The position numbers and the translations under genes are program-made. The notes under the pieces were generated by a model. The model saw only the letters and a list, made by a program, of their open reading frames with translations. It ran no database searches and was not told the DNA's origin. A stretch of DNA of 32,000 nt from Nodularia phage vB_NspS-kac68v161: the sequence record MK605245.1. One strand, 5' to 3'. Of the stretch, positions 7,799 to 16,570 are shown one piece after another (the stretch's first letter is position 1; each line of letters begins with the position of its first letter).

Positions 7799-8596
7799 AT
7801 GGTTCAAACAAATAACAGCGTCCAGCTACTTGGTTACTATGGTGGGGATAAACGGGTATGTTTATCGGCTTGGCAGTCCACAACGGAAGAACTAGGACTA
7901 GAACTGCCTGACAATATACATGACCGTGTGGATGTTATTTTCCAGCACATAGCGGTGCAAAAAAAGAAATCACCTTTTGAGTTATTACAGTTTTTAGCCG
8001 CTAATAATCATTCAACACCGTTCGAGAAGGCTATTCTAGATTTTCAGATTACTGCTGACCTTGCAAGCCATATACACGCGCTTAAGCACAGGATTTCATC
8101 TGTGAATAGTGAATCGGCACGATACAAAGAATTTCAGCAAGATAAGTATTGTATACCGGATGATTGGAAAAATACCTTAGCATCGTCTGAAATTTTTGAT
8201 CACAATGGTGAAGAATTTGTAAGCGTGGGTGATAAATGGGAGGTTATTTTAGATTACTACACTCAATTAGGTTTTAACTTATATCACCAAGCTTTAGCCG
8301 ACCTAGAACCCGTATTAGGACGGAAAAGGGCAAAAGAGTCGGCAAGATACTTTTTAGGCTACAACACACAGCTTAACTTTGATTGGCAAATGAATTTTCG
8401 ATCATTTGTTAATATTCAACAGTTGAGGAATGATTCACACGCCCAAAGGGAGATACACCAAATAGCAAACACAATGCTTTATCTGGTTGAAACACTACCT
8501 GGAAACCCTTTTGAGTATTGCCTTAAAGCCTTCAATCTGAAATCTGATCCTGAGTTCTGTCTAATCAGAGGTTCCAAAAATGCGATTAATGAATGA
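7799..8596 (+). CDS. thyX: Flavin-dependent thymidylate synthase ThyX with variant signature
   Basis: KHRISSVNSESARY (variant of RHRx7S...RY), NFRSFVNIQQLRNDSHAQREIHQIANTM. Confidence 0.9.
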   Translation: MVQTNNSVQLLGYYGGDKRVCLSAWQSTTEELGLELPDNIHDRVDVIFQHIAVQKKKSPFELLQFLAANNHSTPFEKAILDFQITADLASHIHALKHRISSVNSESARYKEFQQDKYCIPDDWKNTLASSEIFDHNGEEFVSVGDKWEVILDYYTQLGFNLYHQALADLEPVLGRKRAKESARYFLGYNTQLNFDWQMNFRSFVNIQQLRNDSHAQREIHQIANTMLYLVETLPGNPFEYCLKAFNLKSDPEFCLIRGSKNAINE

Positions 8597-8780
8597 CCCC
8601 ACACCCTCAAACGACGATCGCCTTGCAGTCCTTGGTCTGGCTTTAGCCGTGATCGCTATTGTTGCAGTGTTTGATTTGACTAACAGAAACACTCAACTCA
8701 GACAAATGCTAGATAACCAATGCCAGCCACAGCGACCGGGACAGATTCTAAACCGTGATGTGGTTAAAAAGACAATATGA
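8580..8780 (+). CDS. Small single-pass membrane protein, about 66 aa
   Basis: LAVLGLALAVIAIVAVF hydrophobic stretch; ORF overlaps both neighbours. Confidence 0.6.
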   Translation: MRLMNDPTPSNDDRLAVLGLALAVIAIVAVFDLTNRNTQLRQMLDNQCQPQRPGQILNRDVVKKTI

Positions 8781-9082
8781 AGCACTCCGCAGACCTTAAA
8801 CCCGCATTATTTCAAATCTCACCTGACCAGATCACTAACTATTTAATAGCTAACGGTTGGGTGATTGATCGGGTGGTTGACGGTCACTCTGTTTTCTCAC
8901 TAGAACATGGTGACACGGGTTGTAAGCTACTCCTTCCTCAGCAAGATAACGATCCAGATTACGCGCATAGGCTGCTAGATATTCTACTTGTACTACAACT
9001 AACGCGATCACCTTCCATTGGTGATATTGCTAATGAAATAAAGCGGCTTCAGGTAAAACATAAAGCTTGCACCATTAATTGA
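8777..9082 (+). CDS. Hypothetical protein, 101 aa
   Basis: ATGA overlap with upstream ORF. Pattern ITNYLIANGW...LLLPQQDNDPDYAHRLLDILLVLQLTRSPSIGDIANEI. Confidence 0.7.
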   Translation: MKHSADLKPALFQISPDQITNYLIANGWVIDRVVDGHSVFSLEHGDTGCKLLLPQQDNDPDYAHRLLDILLVLQLTRSPSIGDIANEIKRLQVKHKACTIN

Positions 9083-9086
9083 TTTC

Positions 9087-9287
9087 TTGTACCTACTAGC
9101 AGAACTAATTACTAAGAGCCACGATAACTACTGGTACTTTTTGTTTGGACATTACTTGCATGATTCAGTACCTGTAGCCTTCTTTATAGCTTCAGTAGAT
9201 ATTTTCCTTGTCTTAACCATTCTAGTAATGGCTCTGTTGATTATTAATTGTTTTCTCGAAATATTGTTTCTCCACGACTCACAATGA
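9087..9287 (+). CDS. Small membrane protein, 66 aa
   Basis: VAFFIASVDIFLVLTILVMALLIINCFLEILFL; ATGA overlap with tmk. Confidence 0.5.
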   Translation: MYLLAELITKSHDNYWYFLFGHYLHDSVPVAFFIASVDIFLVLTILVMALLIINCFLEILFLHDSQ

Positions 9288-9949
9288 AAAAAGGTAAGTT
9301 TATTGTATTCGATGGTGGTGATGGTTCCGGTAAAACCACACAACTAGAGCTAGCTGCTAAGTGGTTGTATGCTCACCAAATTCCCACATGGTCAACTAGA
9401 GAGCCTGGTGGTACTAAGTTGGGTCAACAGTTGCGGGAGATTTTGCTACACGATCAAGAAGTTTCCCCTATAGCTGAATTACTACTATATCAGGCTGATA
9501 GGGCGCAACACGTATTAGAGATAAAGAAACGTTTGCATTATGGTATATGGGTTCTGTGTGATCGCTTTACACTGTCCACGCTTGCTTATCAGGGTGCTGG
9601 ACGGTATCAGCCCACAAAAATGATTGAGCAGTTGAACGAAATCTCAGCACAAGGACTTGAACCAGACTGGACATTTTTACTGGATATCGACCCTGCTATT
9701 GGATTAACTCGCAAAGGACACCAGCAAGCCTTGGATAAGTTTGAGCAAGAAGCCATCAGCTTTCATCAACGTGTGCGAGAATGTTATCTGGAAATTGCAC
9801 ACCATACTTTACTGGATTGTACAATTATTTACGCTCAACAGACCATAGAGAGTGTGTCTGCCCCAATTCATTATGTTTTGTCTAATTTAGCTGGTGTACC
9901 TATCACACCAGCTACAAAACCTAGCGATGCTCATCTTCTTTGTATCTAG
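9284..9949 (+). CDS. tmk: Thymidylate kinase (dTMP kinase), 221 aa (start corrected from 9248)
   Basis: FIVFDGGDGSGKTTQLELAAKWL (P-loop), STREPGGTKLGQQLREILL, LCDRFTLSTLAYQG. Confidence 0.95.
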   Translation: MKKGKFIVFDGGDGSGKTTQLELAAKWLYAHQIPTWSTREPGGTKLGQQLREILLHDQEVSPIAELLLYQADRAQHVLEIKKRLHYGIWVLCDRFTLSTLAYQGAGRYQPTKMIEQLNEISAQGLEPDWTFLLDIDPAIGLTRKGHQQALDKFEQEAISFHQRVRECYLEIAHHTLLDCTIIYAQQTIESVSAPIHYVLSNLAGVPITPATKPSDAHLLCI

Positions 9950-9983
9950 TCGATACGCTTCGCCTAAAGTGGTGTAAAATGGT

Positions 9984-10014
9984 GGGACATTTTAGTTCAT
10001 AACTAAAATGTCCC
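9984..10014. terminator. Hairpin between convergent genes
   Basis: GGGACATTTTAGTT-cat-AACTAAAATGTCCC, 14-bp perfect stem between convergent tmk (+) and 10048..10413 (-). Confidence 0.6.
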
Positions 10015-10047
10015 CACAATCTTTAAAAATACTGGCAGAAATGGTCG

Positions 10048-10413
10048 TTAGATTTTCAGAATCACATTTATCTCTCCACAGTCACACTCCACCTTTTCCA
10101 CAAGATCCTGAAACAGCACGTACATTTCATCAACCGTCGCGCACTGCCAAAATTCCGGCTTAGAACCGTATTCAAGCAATTTCTCGTAAATACCTTCAGA
10201 ACCTGCTGATTCTTTTTTTAAAGCGTTCAGCAGGTTATTTAATTTTGTCTGTTTTATTTGAATTATTTCGTTTAGATCATTATCGCCTAAACCTACCAAT
10301 TTGCTTATTTGTTGCCTTAATTCCTTTATTTCAGCAGTTTCTTCTACTGTTCTGTCTATTTGGATCGATCCAAGATCCGCTATTGTCTCAGCCGTTACAT
10401 AAAACTTACTCAA
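10048..10413 (-). pseudogene. Probable C-terminal remnant of a large serine recombinase
   Basis: Coiled-coil IKELRQQISKLVGLGDNDLNEIIQIKQTKLNNLL and terminal LFQDLVEKVECDCGEINVILKI resemble large serine recombinase C-termini. Directly downstream of a catalytic-domain ORF on the same strand. Confidence 0.45.
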
Positions 10414-10423
10414 ACTTACCTAT

Positions 10424-10942
10424 TTAGACTTTTCTATAATAGATAACTTGTACTAGATGGGTAAAGCAAGCCACGTGAGCTTTCTCATTTAATCGTCTGA
10501 ATTTGTGACCCTGGGAGGAGTTGAATTTGTTTTTATCCCTTACGGCTGCTGACATTGCTGCCAGTATTCGCATTTTAAACAAATCATCAGGTGTGGTTAG
10601 GTCTGTAGATCCTCCATCAAGGAACATTACGGTTACATTATGTTTCTGGAGTTCAAGGCTAGCTTGCTCCCATTGCAATGTGCTTCTGGTAAATCTGTCG
10701 AAACACGGGATAATTAGTTTTTTAATGGCTCCAGATTTGATTAGATCGAGAACCTTGTTATACCCCTTACGCTTATCGCTCGCTCCGCTTTCTATGTCCC
10801 AAAATATTTGATTATCATTAAGTCCCCAGCTTTTAAGTTGAGCTATATAGCGTTCAAGTCCATGACCTTCCTCAAACTGTTTTTGAGTAGAAACCCGACA
10901 ATACCCCACGCAGTCACTATAATCTTTTAATCCAGTAACCAT
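10424..10942 (-). pseudogene. Serine recombinase N-terminal catalytic domain (XisF-like/resolvase), truncated before the recombinase DNA-binding domain
   Basis: VGYCRVSTQKQFEEGHGLERYIAQL, LIIPCFDRFTRST, DLFKMRILAAMSAAVRDKN. Conserved flow stops at RRLNEKAHVA, then CFTHLVQVIYYRKV-stop. Confidence 0.8.
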
Positions 10943-11097
10943 AGATAACGCAGCCTGATTAGTTTATTTTTGCCCATAGTATTATACATAACTGTATACA
11001 AACTGATAGACAAAAATTAAATAGAGTGCTTATATAGGTTTAAAGGCGTTGTCTCATGAATCCCGCGTTAAAAGTAGAATATAAAGAGGTAAAATAG

Positions 11098-12015
11098 ATG
11101 ATTCAGCAAACAGCTAAACCAACAAGTTTAGCCATTGAGGCACTAAAAAAGATGCTGTCTAAAGATAAGGAGACTCCTTTCAGTAATGCTCTGTGGGATA
11201 TAATACACGATCCTCAGATCCCTAATGAACAGCCACAGGAGAGTGAGATATCAGCAAGGGAATACAGAGAAGCTAAATATATTTGGGATTTGGTGCGCGA
11301 TCCAAGCGTGACAGAGTTGGATCAGTTTACCGCTCTAACCCTTGAAAAATATGAGAGAGCTAATTCTATTTGGGAGAGGAATAAAGGACAGTCTCGTAAA
11401 AATCGCAAACCTAGGATAAGGTTATCTCTTGACGACTTTCAAGCCATGCTGATCAATTTATACGGCTTTGAAATTATTAATCGTAGTGCCACTCACAGGT
11501 TGATACATACTGCCAATGTTAGCGGTATCGCTAAATCAGCTAAAAGTATTAATAGAGAAGGTTTAGCTGTTCTATCTAATTTTGCTAATAGAGAAAATTA
11601 CCCTGATGCCGAGTTTCCGCCAGAGGATTACCCTACTAGCTTTGATGTTCTTTTAGCAATTGGTGAACAGACCATCCAAGATGTCTATGGTGAAGGTAAT
11701 AATGAGGAAGAGGATGATAGCTATAATAATATTGCTGATGTCCGTTCCAATCTTCTACTAGGTCACGATGGTGAGCTAACTGAAGACAGACCTAACAACC
11801 TAAGAACTTTAATCCACCACTTTCTAGCTAAAAACGGTGATAGGGATTTACATCTAGATGGTCAATTAGCGATCACTCTTATAGACCTATTGTTTAAAAC
11901 CAATCCCAAGGTTGATTTAACAGCTTTGTTAAAAATTCAAGCAATGCTTGGTATCCCTGCCGAGGCTTTCTTAGAAATGCTTCGCAGGGATATGGAGGAT
12001 ATGCAGCAGGGCTGA
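11098..12015 (+). CDS. Hypothetical protein, 305 aa
   Basis: Long ORF with AGAGGT SD upstream; no recognised motif. Confidence 0.75.
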   Translation: MIQQTAKPTSLAIEALKKMLSKDKETPFSNALWDIIHDPQIPNEQPQESEISAREYREAKYIWDLVRDPSVTELDQFTALTLEKYERANSIWERNKGQSRKNRKPRIRLSLDDFQAMLINLYGFEIINRSATHRLIHTANVSGIAKSAKSINREGLAVLSNFANRENYPDAEFPPEDYPTSFDVLLAIGEQTIQDVYGEGNNEEEDDSYNNIADVRSNLLLGHDGELTEDRPNNLRTLIHHFLAKNGDRDLHLDGQLAITLIDLLFKTNPKVDLTALLKIQAMLGIPAEAFLEMLRRDMEDMQQG

Positions 12016-12150
12016 CTATTTCCTCACCCAAGGGTGGTCAAGTTCCTTAATAGCCTCAGCTAAGGTTGTTAGTGTTTTCTCCTCCAACATTGATGATTTA
12101 TCTGAGGTATTTTGTGTATATGATTTTTGCTTTATGGTCTTTGTAGTCAT
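12016..12150 (-). CDS. Small ORF, 44 aa (MTTKTIKQKSYTQNTSDKSSMLEEKTLTTLAEAIKELDHPWVRK)
   Basis: Stop codons of this and 11098..12015 directly abut (12013-12015 / 12016-12018). Weak SD. Confidence 0.35.
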   Translation of the reverse strand: MTTKTIKQKSYTQNTSDKSSMLEEKTLTTLAEAIKELDHPWVRK

Positions 12151-12444
12151 TTTCTTACTGGATTTATATTTGATAGCCCATAGACATTACTCTATGGTTT
12201 GGGAATGAATCGAGATATATCACATAAGTTCTTAACACAAATTAGCATATTTATAAGCTTAGGTGTGAGGTGTATCACCCCTTTTTGCCTTTGTGATTCT
12301 AGTCACAAGTATTAGAGCTTATAATCACTGCTAAATTGCTGTAAGCCTAATTTTTTCGTTACTGTATCAAGTCGTTAGCTGCTATATGTGAGGTCACTAA
12401 AAATTACTTCTCTTATCTTGTAAATTAAATATACCACTAATCTC

Positions 12445-12491
12445 AAATCTGTGTTTTAATATTTAAAGTGAAACAAACGAAACACAGATTT
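12445..12491 (+). promoter_or_regulatory. Hairpin immediately upstream of the ribonucleotide reductase start codon
   Basis: AAATCTGTGTTT (12445-12456) / AAACACAGATTT (12480-12491), perfect 12-bp stem; ATG at 12497. Confidence 0.55.
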
Positions 12492-12496
12492 AAGAT

Positions 12497-15400
12497 ATGT
12501 CAACTAGCACAATAACCAATACACATGAGTATTTCGACTTAGTAAATCCCAGCTATATCAGTTGGGAATTTTACTCGCAATATATTGACAAGGAACCTCC
12601 GTTTGGTGACTTGGGGTTAATTGTTTACTTAAGAACCTATAGCCGCTTTGTAGAGGAGTTAAGTAGACGTGAGAAGTGGTGTGAGTGCTGCTTGCGTACA
12701 GTTGAGTATTCTGTCAGCTTAGATAATAAAAGCCCCGTAGAGTGGAAAAAAGCTGAAGCTGAGAAGCTGTTTGACATGATGTTCAATATGCGTGGTTTCC
12801 CCGCAGGTCGTACATTATGGATGGGTGATAAGAACAAAGCGATCGCGCAAACAGCCAATTTTAACTGCTCCTTTAGGGTTATAGACAGCATTTCAGCCTA
12901 TTCTGAGATTATATATCTGCTGATGGTTGGTGCTGGCGCTGGCTTCTCTGTTCAAAACGAGTATGTCTCTAAGCTGCCAACGTTTAACACTGATTTCAAA
13001 GTTGACCATATTCCATTTGTGAAACAGTCCAAGGTGGCTAATCAGGATGATACAGTGCTGGAACTTGCTGATGATCATGATTGGGGTTACGTATGTAAGA
13101 AGACCTTCACTGAGCAAGACCTAATTAAGCCCGAAGGCTACTTTATTCCAACCATTTCTGACATCTCTTTATATACTGAAGCCAAAATCACAGTAGGTGA
13201 TAGCCGTGTTGGTTGGAGCAACGCATTACGTCTATTTTTAGAACTACTGACTCATACTAATATTAAAAACATTTCAATCAATTACAACCTAATCCGTCCT
13301 AAAGGTGCGAGATTAAAAACTTTTGGTGGACGTGCCTCTGGTTATGCTCCTCTTAAGACGTTCTTCAGAAAAGCTGAATGGCTAATTAAGAACTGTGGTG
13401 GTAAATTTACCTCAGTAGTCGCTATGGATTTGGCTAACATAATCGCTGAAGTGGTTGTTGTAGCGGGTGTAAGAAGGTCGAGTGAGATAGGTATAGGTGA
13501 TGCCTGGGATGTAGCTTTTAAGACAGCTAAGTATGACCTGTTTAGATACGATCCTGGGTTCACATCATCTGGTTTAGAACTCGTCTCAGACGACGGAAAT
13601 ATGAGTGCTGTTGAAGCCATAGCCGAAACGTATGAAGCTTTTAAATACCAGGTAACAATTGCTGATATCATTGCAGACGATGCTGAACATGGTGGTCTAC
13701 TTCCAACACTCGCCAAAAGATTTGACTTATGGGATACGCAAGATCCTAAAAACGTTGAGGTTCAAAAGCTTGTAGATTCAGTTGACCCTAAATTCCGCTA
13801 CCGTGAAAGCCGTGTAATGTCTAATAACTCCATTGGGCTGCAAACTAAGCCCAGTCGAGAAGAGTTGGAAACTTTAGTCACTTTCATTAAGAATAACGGT
13901 GAACCTGGGCTATTTAACTATGAAGCGGGACGCAAACGCAGGGCTGATTTCCAGGGATCGAACCCTTGTTTCACTGGCGATATGCGGTTGCTAACCTCAG
14001 ATGGTTACAAGACTTTTTCTGATCTATCGGTGTCTGATGATATTGCTCTTGTAGATTATGTCGGACGCGTACGCAGGGGTAAGGTATGGAGCAACGGTAT
14101 CAAACCATGTGTTGAGTTAAGGCTCTCTAATGATGTCAAGCTTAGATGCACAGCAGACCATAGATGGATGACTTCTCAGCAATCTAGTGTTCAAGCCTCG
14201 GAATTAAAAAATCAACAACTAATGCCTTTTATTTCCAAACCCTACCACGATAGTTCTTGGGTTAGGTATGGTTTCATTCAGGGTGATGGTAACACCAGCA
14301 GATTATTGAGCGAGACACATAAAGGGATTGAAGTTAATATCGGAGATAATGACACTGATATATACGGCTTGTTTTCTAGCGTTAGCTTCACTAAGAATAA
14401 ATCAGGCAGAGTGATATATCTCAACGACTCTAAAGATATGGCTGTTATCAGCCGTATTGGTTATTCTACCAGCACTCTACCTGAGAGGGTTTTACCTCTT
14501 TGCTACTCTAGTCTAAATAAAGCGGAAAAAGCTGCTTTTCTATCTGGTTGCTATTCTGCTAATGGGTCTGTACTTGTGTCTGCTAGGCATGTTACCTACA
14601 AATCTACTTGTAGAGAATTATTAGAGCAGATTCAGGATAGCTTACTAGAAGACTTTAACATCAACAGCTACATCACCACTAATAAACCCAAGGATGTAGA
14701 GTTTGTCAATGGTTCTTATAAATGCAAGGAGAGTCACGACTTAAATATTGCCTCTTATGAGGATAGGCTAGCGTTCTACAATCAGATAGGTTTTGCTCAA
14801 ACCTATAAGACAGAGCGACTGCTGCATGATCTTATCAACTCTTCTCCATTTGTAACATCTATCAAGAAAATACAACCTCAAGAAGTGTTTGATTTTAGTC
14901 TTGATTATGTACACCCTATAGATGGTGAGCTTGACACCCACTGGGGAGTAGTCGAGGGTCGTATAGCTCACAACTGCGGAGAAATCCTATTACGCAATAA
15001 GGCTGTGTGCAACCTCACAGAAGGAAATTTGAGAGCATACGTCAGACCGGATAAATCTTTTGACTTCCTCACATTTGAATCTGACCTACGCTTACTCACT
15101 CGTATCGGTAGCCGTGTGACACTAGTTAAAATGTGGCATCCAGATTGGGACACAGTTCAAAGTGAAGACCGCTTACTTGGTGTTTCATTGACTGGACAGT
15201 GTGACGCTTGGCTTGCAATGGGTAATCCTTCTGACACAGTTAAAAATGAGATTCTAGCTTTTGCCAAGAGAATAGTTAGAGATGAGGAAGAAAAGTACCA
15301 CAGCTTCTTAGGTATCCCGCGCTCAAAACTCACCACTACTGGCAAACCAAGCGGAACGATCGCCCAGTTGCCAACAGTATCAAGTGGTTGTCATCAGCCT

Positions 15401-15946
15401 TACGCACCTTACTACTTTCGTAACGTCAGAATTAGCAGCACTGACCCGTTGGCTAGAGTTTTACGTGAGGCTGGTGTACCAGTAGCGCCTAATGGTAATA
15501 AAGGCACTTTGGAAGAGGCAGATACTTGGGTGTTTACATTCCCAATCAAGACTAATGCTCAGATTAAGTCAGTTGACGAGCCTGTACTTGAGCAATTAGA
15601 GCGCTACAAGAACCTGATGCAGCATTACGTTGAACATAACCAATCAGTTACTATCAGTGTCGCGCCAGATGAATGGGATTTAGTGGTTAACTGGCTTGAT
15701 GAGAACTGGGATAACTTTGTTGGTATCAGTTTCTTACCTAAGTTTGATTCAACTATTGGTGAAGACGGTAGCTTCCCTCAAATGCCCTACGTCACAGCTA
15801 ATGAGGAAAGATACAACGAGATGCTCCCTAAATTCCCACGACTACAGGAAGACCAACTGATTGAGATGATTGCACAGTATGAGAAATCCCAAGAAGAATA
15901 TACTCTTGAAGATAGCTGCTCTACGGGTGCTTGTCCTGTTCGGTAA
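12497..15946 (+). CDS. nrdJ: Adenosylcobalamin-dependent (class II) monomeric ribonucleoside-triphosphate reductase, intein-containing; mature extein about 813 aa
   Basis: FPAGRTLWMG, NCSF, NPC/GEILL active-site motif (after intein removal), SGTIAQLPTVSSG, C-terminal redox pair DSCSTGACPVR. Confidence 0.95.
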   Translation: MSTSTITNTHEYFDLVNPSYISWEFYSQYIDKEPPFGDLGLIVYLRTYSRFVEELSRREKWCECCLRTVEYSVSLDNKSPVEWKKAEAEKLFDMMFNMRGFPAGRTLWMGDKNKAIAQTANFNCSFRVIDSISAYSEIIYLLMVGAGAGFSVQNEYVSKLPTFNTDFKVDHIPFVKQSKVANQDDTVLELADDHDWGYVCKKTFTEQDLIKPEGYFIPTISDISLYTEAKITVGDSRVGWSNALRLFLELLTHTNIKNISINYNLIRPKGARLKTFGGRASGYAPLKTFFRKAEWLIKNCGGKFTSVVAMDLANIIAEVVVVAGVRRSSEIGIGDAWDVAFKTAKYDLFRYDPGFTSSGLELVSDDGNMSAVEAIAETYEAFKYQVTIADIIADDAEHGGLLPTLAKRFDLWDTQDPKNVEVQKLVDSVDPKFRYRESRVMSNNSIGLQTKPSREELETLVTFIKNNGEPGLFNYEAGRKRRADFQGSNPCFTGDMRLLTSDGYKTFSDLSVSDDIALVDYVGRVRRGKVWSNGIKPCVELRLSNDVKLRCTADHRWMTSQQSSVQASELKNQQLMPFISKPYHDSSWVRYGFIQGDGNTSRLLSETHKGIEVNIGDNDTDIYGLFSSVSFTKNKSGRVIYLNDSKDMAVISRIGYSTSTLPERVLPLCYSSLNKAEKAAFLSGCYSANGSVLVSARHVTYKSTCRELLEQIQDSLLEDFNINSYITTNKPKDVEFVNGSYKCKESHDLNIASYEDRLAFYNQIGFAQTYKTERLLHDLINSSPFVTSIKKIQPQEVFDFSLDYVHPIDGELDTHWGVVEGRIAHNCGEILLRNKAVCNLTEGNLRAYVRPDKSFDFLTFESDLRLLTRIGSRVTLVKMWHPDWDTVQSEDRLLGVSLTGQCDAWLAMGNPSDTVKNEILAFAKRIVRDEEEKYHSFLGIPRSKLTTTGKPSGTIAQLPTVSSGCHQPYAPYYFRNVRISSTDPLARVLREAGVPVAPNGNKGTLEEADTWVFTFPIKTNAQIKSVDEPVLEQLERYKNLMQHYVEHNQSVTISVAPDEWDLVVNWLDENWDNFVGISFLPKFDSTIGEDGSFPQMPYVTANEERYNEMLPKFPRLQEDQLIEMIAQYEKSQEEYTLEDSCSTGACPVR
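13967..14974 (+). other. Intein (336 aa) with degenerate DOD/LAGLIDADG homing endonuclease, inserted at NP|CGE of NrdJ
   Basis: Starts Cys (CFTGDMRLLTSDGYKTF), block B TADHRW, DOD motifs YGFIQGDG and FLSGCYSANG, C-terminal EGRIAHN|C. Confidence 0.93.
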
Positions 15947-15954
15947 TTAATTTA

Positions 15955-15979
15955 TGGGGAGACTTTAAAACCTCCCCAA
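15955..15979. terminator. Hairpin after nrdJ
   Basis: TGGGGAG/CTCCCCA stem beginning a few nt after the stop codon. Confidence 0.45.
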
Positions 15980-16032
15980 CTGACTCCACAGGTACGATCG
16001 CTTCTCACCACGTCCGCAATTGAGGGAATAAA

Positions 16033-16179
16033 ATGTTTCAGTCCTTCTCGCTCGAACATTTGGTAGAACTAGCCACATTTTACCAACTCGCGCTACCTCT
16101 TATTTACCTAAAAAACAGATCGCAGCTAATACGTGAAATAGAGAATTATTATAAGGTGTTTGATTATGCCAAAAGATAA
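16033..16179 (+). CDS. Unlisted small ORF, 48 aa (MFQSFSLEHLVELATFYQLALPLIYLKNRSQLIREIENYYKVFDYAKR)
   Basis: GAGGG Shine-Dalgarno upstream of the ATG; overlaps the next ATG at 16166. Confidence 0.5.
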   Translation: MFQSFSLEHLVELATFYQLALPLIYLKNRSQLIREIENYYKVFDYAKR

Positions 16180-16255
16180 ATTTAAAACGGGTTCCCATTA
16201 CTCCCACAGGTAATTACCTCCAGAAATTACGCCGCCGAAAAAGTTTAAAGGCTTT

Positions 16256-16537
16256 GTGATCACAGCAGACTTTGCTAGTAAATTGGCTGAAAATAAGCAA
16301 CTGATTACGCATTGTCAACCCGTAGCAGATAAGCCATTCACCGGAGTGGTTGCTGAGTTTGTGTTTGGCTCTGATGTCGTGATATTACCTAATACCGAGT
16401 TCAAACCAGATCCAGTAAATGAACTTTACCAACTAACTAATTCAGCTAATACTGATCCAGAACCCAACACTAGTGTGCTATCCGAAGTTGATCTTAGATT
16501 TATCAATAGTGGTTGCTTTTCTGAATATTTAGACTAA
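16256..16537 (+). CDS. Hypothetical protein, 93 aa (GTG start), possibly the 3' part of a longer ORF interrupted by TAA at 16211-16213
   Basis: In frame with an upstream ATG at 16166 (MPKDKFKTGSHYSHR*LPPEITPPKKFKGF-VITADF...). Confidence 0.55.
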   Translation: MITADFASKLAENKQLITHCQPVADKPFTGVVAEFVFGSDVVILPNTEFKPDPVNELYQLTNSANTDPEPNTSVLSEVDLRFINSGCFSEYLD

Positions 16538-16570
16538 GTAACAATCTCCAATTACTAGAGGATTATAATC

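Noticed and set aside
10950-11040. Possible transposon or attachment-site inverted repeats around TATACATAACTGTATA
   Set aside because: Only a 5-bp inverted match in AT-rich sequence; insufficient for an element boundary.
12030-12496. Classical cobalamin riboswitch upstream of nrdJ
   Set aside because: No B12-box consensus (such as GCCACTG) found; only a simple hairpin next to the start.
12637-15345. Minus-strand ORFs within nrdJ (84, 74, 124, 61, 62 aa) and the 67-aa alternative frame at 14768
   Set aside because: All overlap the strongly supported reductase/intein frame and show no independent evidence.
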